Assembly: GCA_003990765.1 (NCBI GenBank)
Contig: RBNJ01000350.1
Span: 1 to 32,405 of the forward strand
DNA: 32,405 nt
From: Jimgerdemannia flammicorona
Taxonomy: Eukaryota
Reading direction: 5' to 3'
In this document: piece after piece, positions 1 to 9,857 of the stretch
How the letters are laid out: each line of letters starts with the position of its first letter
How positions within the stretch are numbered: the first letter of the stretch is position 1
Translations under genes and position numbers: made by a program
The notes under the pieces: model-generated
Database searches by the model: none
The model's input: only the letters and a program-made list of their open reading frames with translations
Told to the model about the DNA's origin: nothing

Positions 1-223
1 ACGAGAATCGGATAACTGACATGTTTGTGGATATCTCCTTCGTCTTCATATTCTCAGGTCCCCGGCGACATCTACTGGGCCTTCTCGAACAACCTGTTCC
101 GGTCGCCCGACTCGCCAAACATGCGGCATCTGTGCTTGACCTGCCCGACGGACGTGCAGCAGTGGTGTATGCAGGTGGTGGGCAGACAGGATTGAGCGGG
201 TGAGGAGCGAGCCAGCGGTGGAC

Positions 224-502
224 CACCACCCTCTTCGGCACCTCCATAATCCCGACCCCGTTCCCGACAGCCAGTTCGGTGAAATTGTCGAGAGCCTAGT
301 CGCGGTGCTCCTTAAGCTCCTCGACTGCCTCAGCGGAGGCGTCGTGGCCCGTCTCCTCTGGCTGGATGGCGCGGCACTTCCACATAAGATACTGCCAAAG
401 AGTGTTGATGACTGAAACGACCATCTGAAGAGGGTTGGAAATTCCTCCTCGTAATCCTCCCTTATCAACGAGACTGCCTATTGGCTGTACGGCGACGTCC
501 AT
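224..502 (-). pseudogene. Decayed fragment resembling a fungal cohesin subunit Scc3/STAG (middle HEAT region)
   Basis: Minus strand reads MDVAVQPIGSLVDKG, then (shifted frame) YEEE, then an acceptor-like ctcttcag, then MVVSVINTLWQYLMWKCRAI...ELKEHRD*ALDNFTELAVGNGVGIMEVPKRV. The in-frame TAG at 298-296 is one transition from TGG. The family resemblance (YxMWKC...RD(W)xLDxFxE) is from memory, not a search. Confidence 0.35.
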
Positions 503-1017
503 AATGGCGATGAGGTGCTGAGGGAGGAGTGGAGCTGGTAGTCCGTGAATTGGGCCGTCGGGAAGAATAATCTGGGACTGCATAAGTTCGCTATAATAGT
601 TCGCAGTCCAAAACACACATAGCCGCCCAGACACGACCACTGACGACGAAACTAACCGTACTTGGAGCTTAAACAACGCCCGATCGTATCAAACGCGATG
701 TCAACCGTGGGTTTGGTACTCACATGTGTTTGGTTGTTAGGTTGACGCGTCCGATTTAAGAAAAGCTCCGATTCTCTGTTCGTTTTCGGTGGGTATGTGG
801 TCTGTGTTTTGACTGGTTTGGGCATGCCCCGATGGATATAATTGGTGGTGGGTCCAGCTTGAAATATTTGTGCGACCACGTTGTCCCTGGTTTGAGGGTT
901 TGAAGGCGCCCACCTTTCTCCCTGTTTTGTGATTTTGTGTTGCGGCGGTCACATCCGACCCGAAGTACTACCTTAGATCTCAGCTTTTCCTCCTAACGTC
1001 AACGTTACGCTTCCACC

Positions 1018-1824
1018 ATGGATTTCTACGACAGCATCGGGTTCAGCTTGAACGGAGCCACCATCGCCCTCGCGCTTCAGGCACTTTGGGACGTCGTCTT
1101 AACTTGGAGCCATATCCCGCACAAGAAGGTCGTCATTCTCAAGATCGTCTTTACAATCACACTTGCCGCTACGACCTGCTTAGCATCCGTGCTACAGGCG
1201 CCCGATATCAGTGGATGCTTTGTGCTCGGTAAGGTGCTCTCCACACTCTTCCAGACCAGCATGACCGCCGCTGACTGGATCCTGCTTTCGCGAGCGACTA
1301 CGGTGTTGATATTGAGGCCTAAATTCGCGATGGTTATGGAGTGCACGTTTGTGGCGATTAGATTTGGCGCCGGGGTAGCTGATGCTATTCTGACGTATGT
1401 CATTGATGTCCCTCCAGGTGGCCAATGCATTTTCACACCGGATCCCGGCACCGCGCTGGCCACGGCCTCCATCGACCTTGTCGTTGACATTTATGTGACT
1501 GCCGCCATCGTTTTATACCTCAACGTCCACACCACCGAGTTTGAACGGAAGCTAAGCGGCCTGTTTTCCGCCCTCGTTTCTTCCAACCTACTCCGTACCC
1601 TTATTCTCTTGCTCTTAAACGCTGCTACGGTCATCTTGATCATCGTCCCTTTCGTCGCGCCATGGAAGTCTATCATCTTTCATTCTGCAAACATTGCATA
1701 TATTCTGACCATCACCTACGATTCAGACATTTTTAAGATGATGGTAAAGAAGCAGGATAGGATTTCTCGACGGAAACAGTTTCCGGACTTAATATTGACC
1801 ACGCACACGAGGCCTATGTTCTAG
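1018..1824 (+). CDS. Intronless 268-aa multi-pass membrane protein, 7TM/GPCR-like orphan receptor
   Basis: Good start context (ccaccATGg). About seven hydrophobic segments, a Cys at the start of TM3 (SGCFV) and a Cys in the TM4-TM5 loop (GQCIF), an Asp-containing TM5 (IDLVVDIYVT), and a basic cytoplasmic tail. Confidence 0.8.
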   Translation: MDFYDSIGFSLNGATIALALQALWDVVLTWSHIPHKKVVILKIVFTITLAATTCLASVLQAPDISGCFVLGKVLSTLFQTSMTAADWILLSRATTVLILRPKFAMVMECTFVAIRFGAGVADAILTYVIDVPPGGQCIFTPDPGTALATASIDLVVDIYVTAAIVLYLNVHTTEFERKLSGLFSALVSSNLLRTLILLLLNAATVILIIVPFVAPWKSIIFHSANIAYILTITYDSDIFKMMVKKQDRISRRKQFPDLILTTHTRPMF

Positions 1825-1960
1825 ACGATATGAACTGACGCAGTCCAATTAAGGCAATATTTGGGATTTCGGATACGTCATTGACACAGAGCCAAACTGC
1901 ACTCCACTCCATCTTTCTTTTTCATTTTATTTTATTTTATGCTTTTTCTCTTTTCGTATT

Positions 1961-1962
<2 letters not shown>

Positions 1963-2036
<74 letters not shown>
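1963..2036. repeat. Poly-T tract (~74 nt, one C interruption)
   Basis: Read directly from the sequence. Confidence 0.95.
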
Positions 2037-2037
<1 letters not shown>

Positions 2038-3475
2038 ATTATTTATGGCTCTCATAAGAGTTTAGTGTGTACAATATTATTACGTTTTGTAACAAAAACT
2101 ATGTCGGCGTCCGATTTATTAGACAAGAGGGTTTTTAATATGATTCATGAAATGTGTAATCATTTAATTAGAAATCATCGTAATTTCTTTGAAAGGTTCT
2201 ACACACTAGCTGTGTGAGATTTTTGGAATCAAGGGGGACTCCGAGAATCCGAACCAGGTGCCAAACATAGTTACCATAGTTGCACTAGGCCCAAAGACAT
2301 GATAGGCCGCATCGAAAGAAAATACTTAACGCGTAGCTAAAAGAATCGCTGTAATTACGACAATATTTTTGAAAATACGGGATCGGAAGCTTTATCCATG
2401 AGGCAAGGGATCTTGATCATTATTTCCTTAAGCTCGGCGTTCGGATCCTTGTGCCTATTCTCCGATTGTTTCTATCTCCCAAACGCGCAGATCTTTAGCC
2501 ATCGCGAATGAAAATTTTCAATGGTCCTGGCTCTCTACACATCATTTATAGCCATGTGTATTAAACCTGTGCATATGAATTGAGAAAGAGGTTTAGACTG
2601 AAAAATCCAGGGATGTCATGTCAAGATCGACAGAGATATGGCGTCTTCACCGAACGATTAATCGTGCATTTGTGTCCTCAGAGCATTTTTATTTTTTATT
2701 TTTATTTATTTATTTATTTATTTTTCAACAAGTTCATAGATTCCGCCGCTTTATGGTTTTGATTGAAACCGCCTTTAATGTGTGGAATACAAAAATACCT
2801 CACAAATGGATGTTTAGCCCCGAAGGTACGGCTAGTGGTTATAACGTATTGGTTGGAAAGCTAACATTGTGACTTAGACGCTACCAAAATTGCGGTTGCA
2901 AGTTCATTTCTTTTCCGTGCTATGAGCCACTGAGTGTCCGTCGCTGACACGTAGTCTCCTGGCCATGGGCAAGCGCGTTCAGGTCACGTTGTTCCATATA
3001 ATAATGCTCATGAGTATGAGGCATAGGTTTATCAGAGCCCTGCCAAAGGGCTGGCGTTCATGGACCGCAAAAACACCAACAATGCATACTACCTAAGTCA
3101 TTGTCATTGTGGGATGGATTGGATCAGGAACCATAACCATAGTAAGAGTTGTAGGGAATCAAGAAATAGGAAGCATGAAGAGCCAGGGTGGTGTATCTGC
3201 CACGTCAGGGTCGTTTTCTCAGTGAGGCCCGTCCATGAGTTGCTTACTCTACACCCCGATTGCTCATCGTGAGACATAGGTCTTTCAACAACCTTCTCCG
3301 GCAGTGGAAAGGTCATATTCGCTTCGTTTATGCATGAACCTGGGCAGTGCAGATTCCTGATGACCTTTGGAAGAACGAGAGTGGTGTGGGGAAAGAATAT
3401 TTATTTGAAGTCCTTGTACATAGGACCACATGACCAGCAAACTCTATAAACTCTATGACAGCCTTAACACACAGC

Positions 3476-4004
3476 ATATTACCAAATTCAGGGATACCGC
3501 CGGTTTTTTTTTCCTCAACCCGATTTTCCCGCCACTGGATTTTTTCAGAAGACGAGTTTTTAGCGCACCAATCACGTCCTTTGGTCTTTGTGGATCGCCC
3601 ACTCCTGCACCATCGCTGTCTTTGTTGATAAAATGCATGGACGCGTTCACGCATCTTTTTTTCTTTTGCCATATATACATACATACATACTCAACACAAT
3701 GGAGCAAACCTCTGACCCCAATAACCGTCCTTGGAAGCTTAAATAACACATCTTTTCGCTCACAATATCCGGTCTGGATTTCACAATGGATAAATAAACG
3801 ATTATGGATGGATAAACATCGTCGCTGTTGTCGCCATTGTCGTCGTTACTGTCATTGTCAATATGGATGGAGAGGTGGGGGGGTTCAGAGGTGGGGAAAG
3901 GATGCGATTGGGTGCATCCTCTGAAAAAATCCAGTGGTGAAAAAAATTTTGGTTGAGGGAAAAAAACGGTGGTGCTATAAAGTATCCCTAAATTGAGCAA
4001 ATAT
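3476..4004. mobile_element. Degenerate MITE / non-autonomous TIR transposon (~530 bp)
   Basis: Imperfect ~105-bp terminal inverted repeats at 3476-3582 and 3897-4004. They share a perfect 18-bp core CCACTGGATTTTTTCAGA (3532-3549; reverse complement at 3920-3937) plus AATTYAGGGATAC and CCTCAACC blocks. TA at both outer ends; no coding capacity. Confidence 0.75.
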
Positions 4005-4671
4005 CGACTCGGGTTGGTAATTATATAATCAGTGTTGCTACTACAGATATCGTCACAAATAATCGCAATTTGGTATTTTCGATGGCATCCACACTATTTT
4101 GTTTAACTTATAGCATTTGATGAAATATGGGAGAAACCCATTTTCGAATTACAAGTGGTTGTCTGTGTGCGCAAAATTTGAACATTATCCTACATATTTC
4201 CCAATCTGGATAGATACAAAAACAAAGGCAAATAAATAAATAAATGAAATGGGGGAGGGGGGATTTATATATATGGTAGCCGCCCTTAAAATCAAAGGAT
4301 TTTCCATACTCAAATGAGGCGAAGTTTATTAAAAAGTACCTTATGGCCTATCTGGATTGGTACCCTTTTCAAAAAAAAAATTCATCTCAGATGTCCGCAT
4401 TTATCCCGCACTGGACTTGTGAGTTAATATTTCAACTGGCTGTCACCTTGTCGGGTTGGATGTATGGGACGGAGGGGAGACGGTGGATGAGTTATGTGTG
4501 AGATTTTGGTGCATTGGAAATAATGTCGGCGCCAAACTGTAGAACATTGATCGGCTCAGCCAGGCTGCGATAGAGATTTTATCAAGGGACATATATATAT
4601 ATACATAGGAATTGAATTAATAATAAAAATTCATATCGGGTCATGCAAAGTCTACCATAATATTTTTTTTG

Positions 4672-4709
4672 AATAAAATAAAATAAAATAAAATAAAATA
4701 AAATAAATA
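4672..4709. repeat. (AAAAT)n microsatellite
   Basis: About seven tandem AAAAT units. Confidence 0.9.
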
Positions 4710-4819
4710 CTTTTCCATGAAAAATCAAAAATAATTTTTTTGTAAATAACTTGCATAAAAAAAAAAAGAAATCATAATATATAATATAATAGTACGCAAA
4801 TTAAATGTAAACGGAAATG

Positions 4820-5230
4820 TTAAAGGCCAAGATGGAACTTAGCGACGAATTTTGTCATGCCACGACCGCCCAATTCACGTTCTATTTGAGCCCAGTGACT
4901 GGAATCAAAGAACTCGTTGAGATCGGCGATGTGGGCTTGGAAGGTGTCGCGGAAGGGATAGCGGTGTCTAAGCAGGGTGGACGAATGGGTAGGGACAAAT
5001 CGTGTAGGGGAAAACTGCTGATTTGGTGTGATTGAATTAGTCCAATATCAGCAAAAATAAAATAAAATAAAAAATAAAAATCGAGAGCGTAAAAATACCT
5101 CATTTTGCAAAGTTGGCGTCTCCCCGGTGTTCGATAGCATTTCTTCGGGTGTCCGACTCGAAGGCTCGCCATCGTCACAGGCCCCTGGCTCGGGGGAGAC
5201 GAGCGTGGCGACTTTGTTATTGGGTGGCAT
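4820..5230 (-). CDS. Microprotein family copy A, 109 aa, 2 exons (5230-5099, 5017-4820)
   Basis: A phase-0 GT..AG intron (5098-5018, ctaat branch site, CAGCAG tandem acceptor) joins MPPNNK...TLQNE to QFSPTRF...DLNEFFDSSHWAQIERELGGRGMTKFVAKFHLGL*. The C-terminus aligns without gaps to copies B and C. Confidence 0.65.
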
Positions 5231-6456
5231 GTTTGTTCTCTAGCAACTGTGGGTTTAAACATGGTGTTAACCATTGGGGGGGCGTGAGGCGTATATTTGG
5301 AAGGTAACGTGGTTCTGTCAAGCTGTCAAGCATGACGAATGGAATCGACATGTCAATTTTGGCAAGCGGTCTGGCACTGAACCGGAGACTAACCTTGGAG
5401 GTTTTTGAAGTTTTGGTTTGAAGGATGTGCAAGGCTTGCAATCTAATAAGATGAAAGATACCCGTAACTAAGCCTTCCTGCTTCTCTAGCAATTGGTATC
5501 AAATCACCTTGAAACCGGCGCACAAGGTTGAGGGTTCCAAACTTGGCATTCTTGAGGCCAACGTGGAAATCTAACCCTTTCTGTCGCCTCCGCTGTTCCG
5601 CGACATTCGAATATGGCGATCGACAACACGCGGCATGTCATTCCTCACACTCTGAATATCCTCCTAACCACCCTCATTGTGCTCGCCTTCCCATAAATAA
5701 AAATAAAAATGATATAAAAGAACAACAATGTATAATTCTCGCATTGGATCCAGTCCGGAACCGTATGACAGGCGGTTGATTGGTTGGCGGATGATTTTTA
5801 AACCTTAAAATTTTAAATTGATCAGTCACATAATACGAACGCCCTCGCTTGTTTTTTTTTGGGGGGGGGGAGGGGTGACCCCTTGAAAGCACGCCAATGC
5901 ACAGTATACGCATTACCGTGGTTCACAAATACAATGACTCTTTCATGTTCTAAATTTTGAGATTGTGGCATAGGTGTTTTAAACTGCTAACTACATGCTC
6001 TTGCCTATAGGTTGCTTTCATCAACACCGCGCGACGTAATCCACCAAAACACCGTGAAAACCACACAGATCTGCTAGTAGACAACTCCGGGATGAAACTA
6101 GGTTCTTCTACTACTTGAATTCTACGAATAAACCCGCCTACGGTGTTATGTGACTCGAGTAGGAAATATTGCGAATCCATTCAATAGTCGCATCTACTGT
6201 AGGGTTTATGGCGGTTACACGACGAACACATCGTGTGGTCATCAGCCAAGGTGCGTGTGAGGCCGACGCGGTGGAGATGTCAGGACGAAAAATATTCCAA
6301 ACGAACGCCAGGTAATTACAATATGTATATACCCCCGACGATCCCTAAACGACGGCTCGTTCTCAATTTTCACAGTGACGGCGAAGTGTCATGGCTGACT
6401 TGCGTGAAAAATCGTCACACATGTCCCCTAATAAACCGACGATGGAACGCACCTGA

Positions 6457-6924
6457 CTACGTCCCATTCGATGAGGCATGGAGTGGGGAGGAAAGAGACC
6501 CACTGTTTCTAGCATCACATCTTGCAACTGCTGCGAGCGAGCCTTGGTTTTCCCTCTGGTTACTCTCCTTTTGACCTCGCTTGCGAAGAACTGCACCCTC
6601 GTCGTCAGAATTTTCTGCGGTAGCAACGAGAACGGAATACCGGAGGACTGATCTAGCCAATGGCGGGATCGGAGTAATCACCATGGGAGGCCTCGTTGTC
6701 GCCTTCATGCGGCTCGGCGCTGGCGGTTGCGCGTCGATGGTGTCGTCACGATCCGTGATGACAATGATGGTTATCGATTTCGATTGCGGCATCCGCACCT
6801 GGATCGTGATGTTCGTCCTGTTTGGCGAATCTGCATCCTCCACCGCGGCGGCCTCCTCGAGCGGCGAGATGGCTTAGCTCTGACGACGTGGAACTCTTTG
6901 GTATAGAATTCGGGATGGATTCAT
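6457..6924 (-). pseudogene. Possible disrupted ORF of unknown function
   Basis: ATG at 6924 gives MNPSRILYQRVPRRQS, then TAA (6876-6874), then the same frame continues AISPLEEAAAVEDADSP... to 6457. GC-rich, coding-like composition; no family recognised. Confidence 0.25.
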
Positions 6925-6936
6925 ACTTGTGGATCT

Positions 6937-6995
6937 TGACCTGAGGTGGGTGTGACCTGAGGTGGATGTGATCTGAGGTGGGTGTGACCCCTGAG
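6937..6995. repeat. 16-bp tandem minisatellite, ~3.5 copies (GACCTGAGGTGGGTGT)
   Basis: Units gacctgaggtgggtgt / gacctgaggtggatgt / gatctgaggtgggtgt / gacccctgag. Confidence 0.9.
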
Positions 6996-7758
6996 CGCGG
7001 CCGACTTTTTCAGCACGACGAGATGTTCTCTTGCAGACACGATAGGTAAGGCGGTGGTGGAGGAGGAGGAGGCGAGCAGGGTATTTGCGGAGCGGCGGGC
7101 GTTTGGCACATGGGGCTGCGGAGAAGCCGCAATATATGATATTCTTGGTACTGGAGAATATGAATTCGGTGGAATGCATGTGCCGAAAATGTGCCTTGCG
7201 AATGGCGACAATGGTAGGCATGGGTGGATGAGTGGGTAGGTGGGGGATGAAATAGCAGTGCCATCTGAACCGACGACAAAATATAATGTTATATGTGAGT
7301 TCACGTAAAATATCGCCTACCGTCCTCCGCCCTCCGTCCTCCCGACATTTATGTATATATCCTGGTATTGCTCCCTCACAGAAATCTTTTCTTGATGGCC
7401 CCCAATGCGGGTGACATGTTTCAAGACAAACACAACAATGAAAATCGCTGATCTGCCCACCTTGAAACGTCAAGCCTCCGAGTAAATAACACTGACGCGA
7501 CGGCGATGGCTAGCAGCAGGAATCTCGACAACAGCGAGAACGCAGGTGGAAATGATGTTGGAGGAAGGGTGCGGTGTGTGCCATTCTGTCGGGGTGATAA
7601 TTGTTAATCGCATGCGTCGACCAGGTCATTCTCCACAATACGCCTTCCCCGTCCACCACAGCGCGATGCCTCTCAGTGTCGGCAATGTCAGGGAGAATGC
7701 GTGGGCCAAGAGCAGGGGAAGGGTTGAGGGTTGCCAGGGACCAGTCGCAGTTACAGGG

Positions 7759-7983
7759 GTGACGTCACATTTCGCAAATGGATTAAGTGTCACGTAACAC
7801 GTGTCGAACCCTACTACGATCGGTTTGAATGGCTTGTTTAGCATGAATTGGTTCTCTGTCGAGTTATGGCTTGCTTGGCAATAATCCCTCGCCTCTCTGT
7901 GTGGCAGCAAATTGACTCCCGTATGCATCATGCATGACTCAGGCTACGTTCGATGAAAGCGGAAATACTACCCCCATTGACTC
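7759..7983. promoter_or_regulatory. Cluster of bZIP-type sites upstream of the GH28 gene
   Basis: Palindromic GTGACGTCAC (7759-7768), TGACTC (7913), TGACTCA (7935) and TGACTC (7978), 440-660 bp upstream of the ATG. Short motifs only. Confidence 0.3.
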
Positions 7984-8419
7984 CGATTGACATCCATTCA
8001 TGGCAAGACATATCGTGCTCCTTTATAGGCTTTCCGTTGCCAGAATTAATTTTCCGTTCTTTACCCGATTGGATGCACTTTTTTCACAACTATTCTCGTA
8101 CGCTTTTGTTGGCTCTTGGCTAGTAAATGATCACAAAGTGTATTTCATTATGTATATTGCTCCATATGTACAAACGCATCCACATATTCGCGTCTAAATG
8201 CGCATATTTAGGTAAAACGACCGTCGCACCATGTAAGTTTACGCTGCGCAATGCCGTCGTGCGATATTCGCATTGTAACCCTGACATCTATAGTGATTTT
8301 TCACTGTACGTGGAGACAGTTGTATGTCCGCCCTCAAACTTACCTGCCGGCAAATGTGCATAAAATGCCGCATCACGATTCACAGACACCCGACTCATCC
8401 TCGTCAGACACACCAAAGC

Positions 8420-9857
8420 ATGGCTCCAATTACCCGCCTTCTCTCCCTGGCAACCGTCTTCCTCGTCGGCAGCACTTTTGCAACCACCGTTTGCACTGTC
8501 CCACACAAGCCCGGTGGCGACGACTACAACGCCATCGCCTTGGCGTTCGCCAGTTGCAGCCAAAACGCGCAGGTGGTCTTCCAGTCCGGTGTGGTCTACA
8601 ACCTGAACCAGCCGCTCAACGTGACGGGTTTGAACAACGTGCAAATTAAGCTCGACGGCAGCATCAGCCTGCCGAACAACATACTGTACAAAAACAAGAC
8701 GACGGCGTTCATCGCCATCTCCGGCACTAACGTCGACATCATCGCTCCCGCCGACAGCTCACAGAACGGCAGAATTATTGGCAATGGCCAGGTGTGGTGG
8801 GACAAGGGGATCAGCAGCGGTCGCTACGCGACGCTGCAAGTCTCAGTCAAGAGAGGCTCTATCCAGAACCTGAAGATCGAGCAGTCGCCGTTCTATAACC
8901 TCGTCCTGGATCACTCCAGCCACCTTAGAATTGATGGTATTAAATTCACCTCCGTCTCCGCCAACTCGGTTCGTAAACCGTTTCAAATTCAAAATTCACT
9001 TCTGCATGCCGACTGGGTCAACTCAACTTGGTCTTTCATTTTACAGAACTTGCCCCGGAACACGGACGGGATCGACTTCTTCTATAGCAGCTTCATCAAC
9101 GTCAGCAACGCGCAGATCACCAACGGCGACGACTGCATCTCCGTGAAGAGTAACAATACAGACCTGTACTTCAATCATGTAAAATGTGTTGGAAGCCATG
9201 GCATCAGTATCGGTTAGTCAAGTTTCCCAAGTAATGACTTATCCCAATTTGCGAGTAATTGGATTTTCAGACTAACACGAGTGTCAAAATTTTTAATGCC
9301 ACTCCGGTTCTGGTTTATCAGGAAGTCTCGGCATAACCCCCGGCGTTTACGAGTACTCGCTCCGTATCCGAGCTGACGACACGAGCTGCACAAACTGTAG
9401 CAATGGTGCTAGGATTAAAACTTGGCCTGGTAAGATACGGACACTTTCCGCGTATTATTCATATGAAGCAGCACTAACTAACAAATACCATCGAGCAACA
9501 GGTGGTGTGGGTCTCGTGCAAGATATCACCTTCAACGGCTTTGCCGTCACCGGTGTTGACCGCCCAATCTATATCGACCAATACTATTGCGACACCGGGG
9601 TCGGCTGTCGCACGGGCAAGTCGCTGGTGCAGATCCAGCGAGTCAACTTCAATAACTTCACCGGCACCTCGTCTGGCGCCAAGAGCAACAATCCCGTCAA
9701 TATTATGTGCAGCGCCGATGCCCCTTGCCAGGAGGTCTATCTGTCCAACATTAGTATCACGTCCCCGATGGCGAATGTGTCCAACATTTGCACAAACGTG
9801 GTTGACAACAAGCCCATCGGGATCACCTGCGTCCCTGGGAAGATCTCCGTCTCTTAG
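8420..9857 (+). CDS. Secreted GH28 polygalacturonase (exo-PG-like), 392 aa, 4 exons (8420-8968, 9047-9212, 9322-9429, 9502-9857)
   Basis: Signal peptide MAPITRLLSLATVFLVGSTFA. All four GH28 motifs are present: NTDG, GDDC, GSHGISIGSLG (split by intron 2) and RIKTW. All introns are GT-AG; spliced length is 1179 nt, in frame. Confidence 0.93.

Noticed and set aside
1963..2036. Poly-T as a retrocopy tail of the intronless 7TM gene
   Set aside because: Wrong strand: a retrocopy of the plus-strand gene would have poly-A on the plus strand.
1939..2217. Poly-Phe ORF (likewise the poly-Phe/poly-Lys ORFs at 15550, 18717, 20066, 20232 and 20380)
   Set aside because: These are translations of homopolymer tracts, not genes.
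2233..2298. Functional tRNA gene
   Set aside because: It has box-like motifs, but the acceptor and anticodon stems do not pair.
2940..3430. Coding-like minus-strand stretch (…KPMPHTHEHYYMEQRDL…) with a short match to ~32050-32070
   Set aside because: There are multiple stops in all frames, no recognisable family, and the shared match (tattatatggaa) is too short.
4265..4600. Possible short-TIR element between (TA)n runs (cccttaaaatc vs gattttatcaaggg)
   Set aside because: The inverted match is short and gapped, within chance for AT-rich DNA.
6937..6995. CRISPR-like repeat array (also 23410-23610)
   Set aside because: The units are contiguous or irregular with no unique spacers, there are no cas genes, and the context is eukaryotic.
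8324..8419. Upstream in-frame extensions of the GH28 (8324), oxidase (11501) and methyltransferase (20343) ORFs
   Set aside because: The downstream ATGs give a signal peptide, a family-typical N-terminus or a myristoylation motif; the extensions look non-coding.
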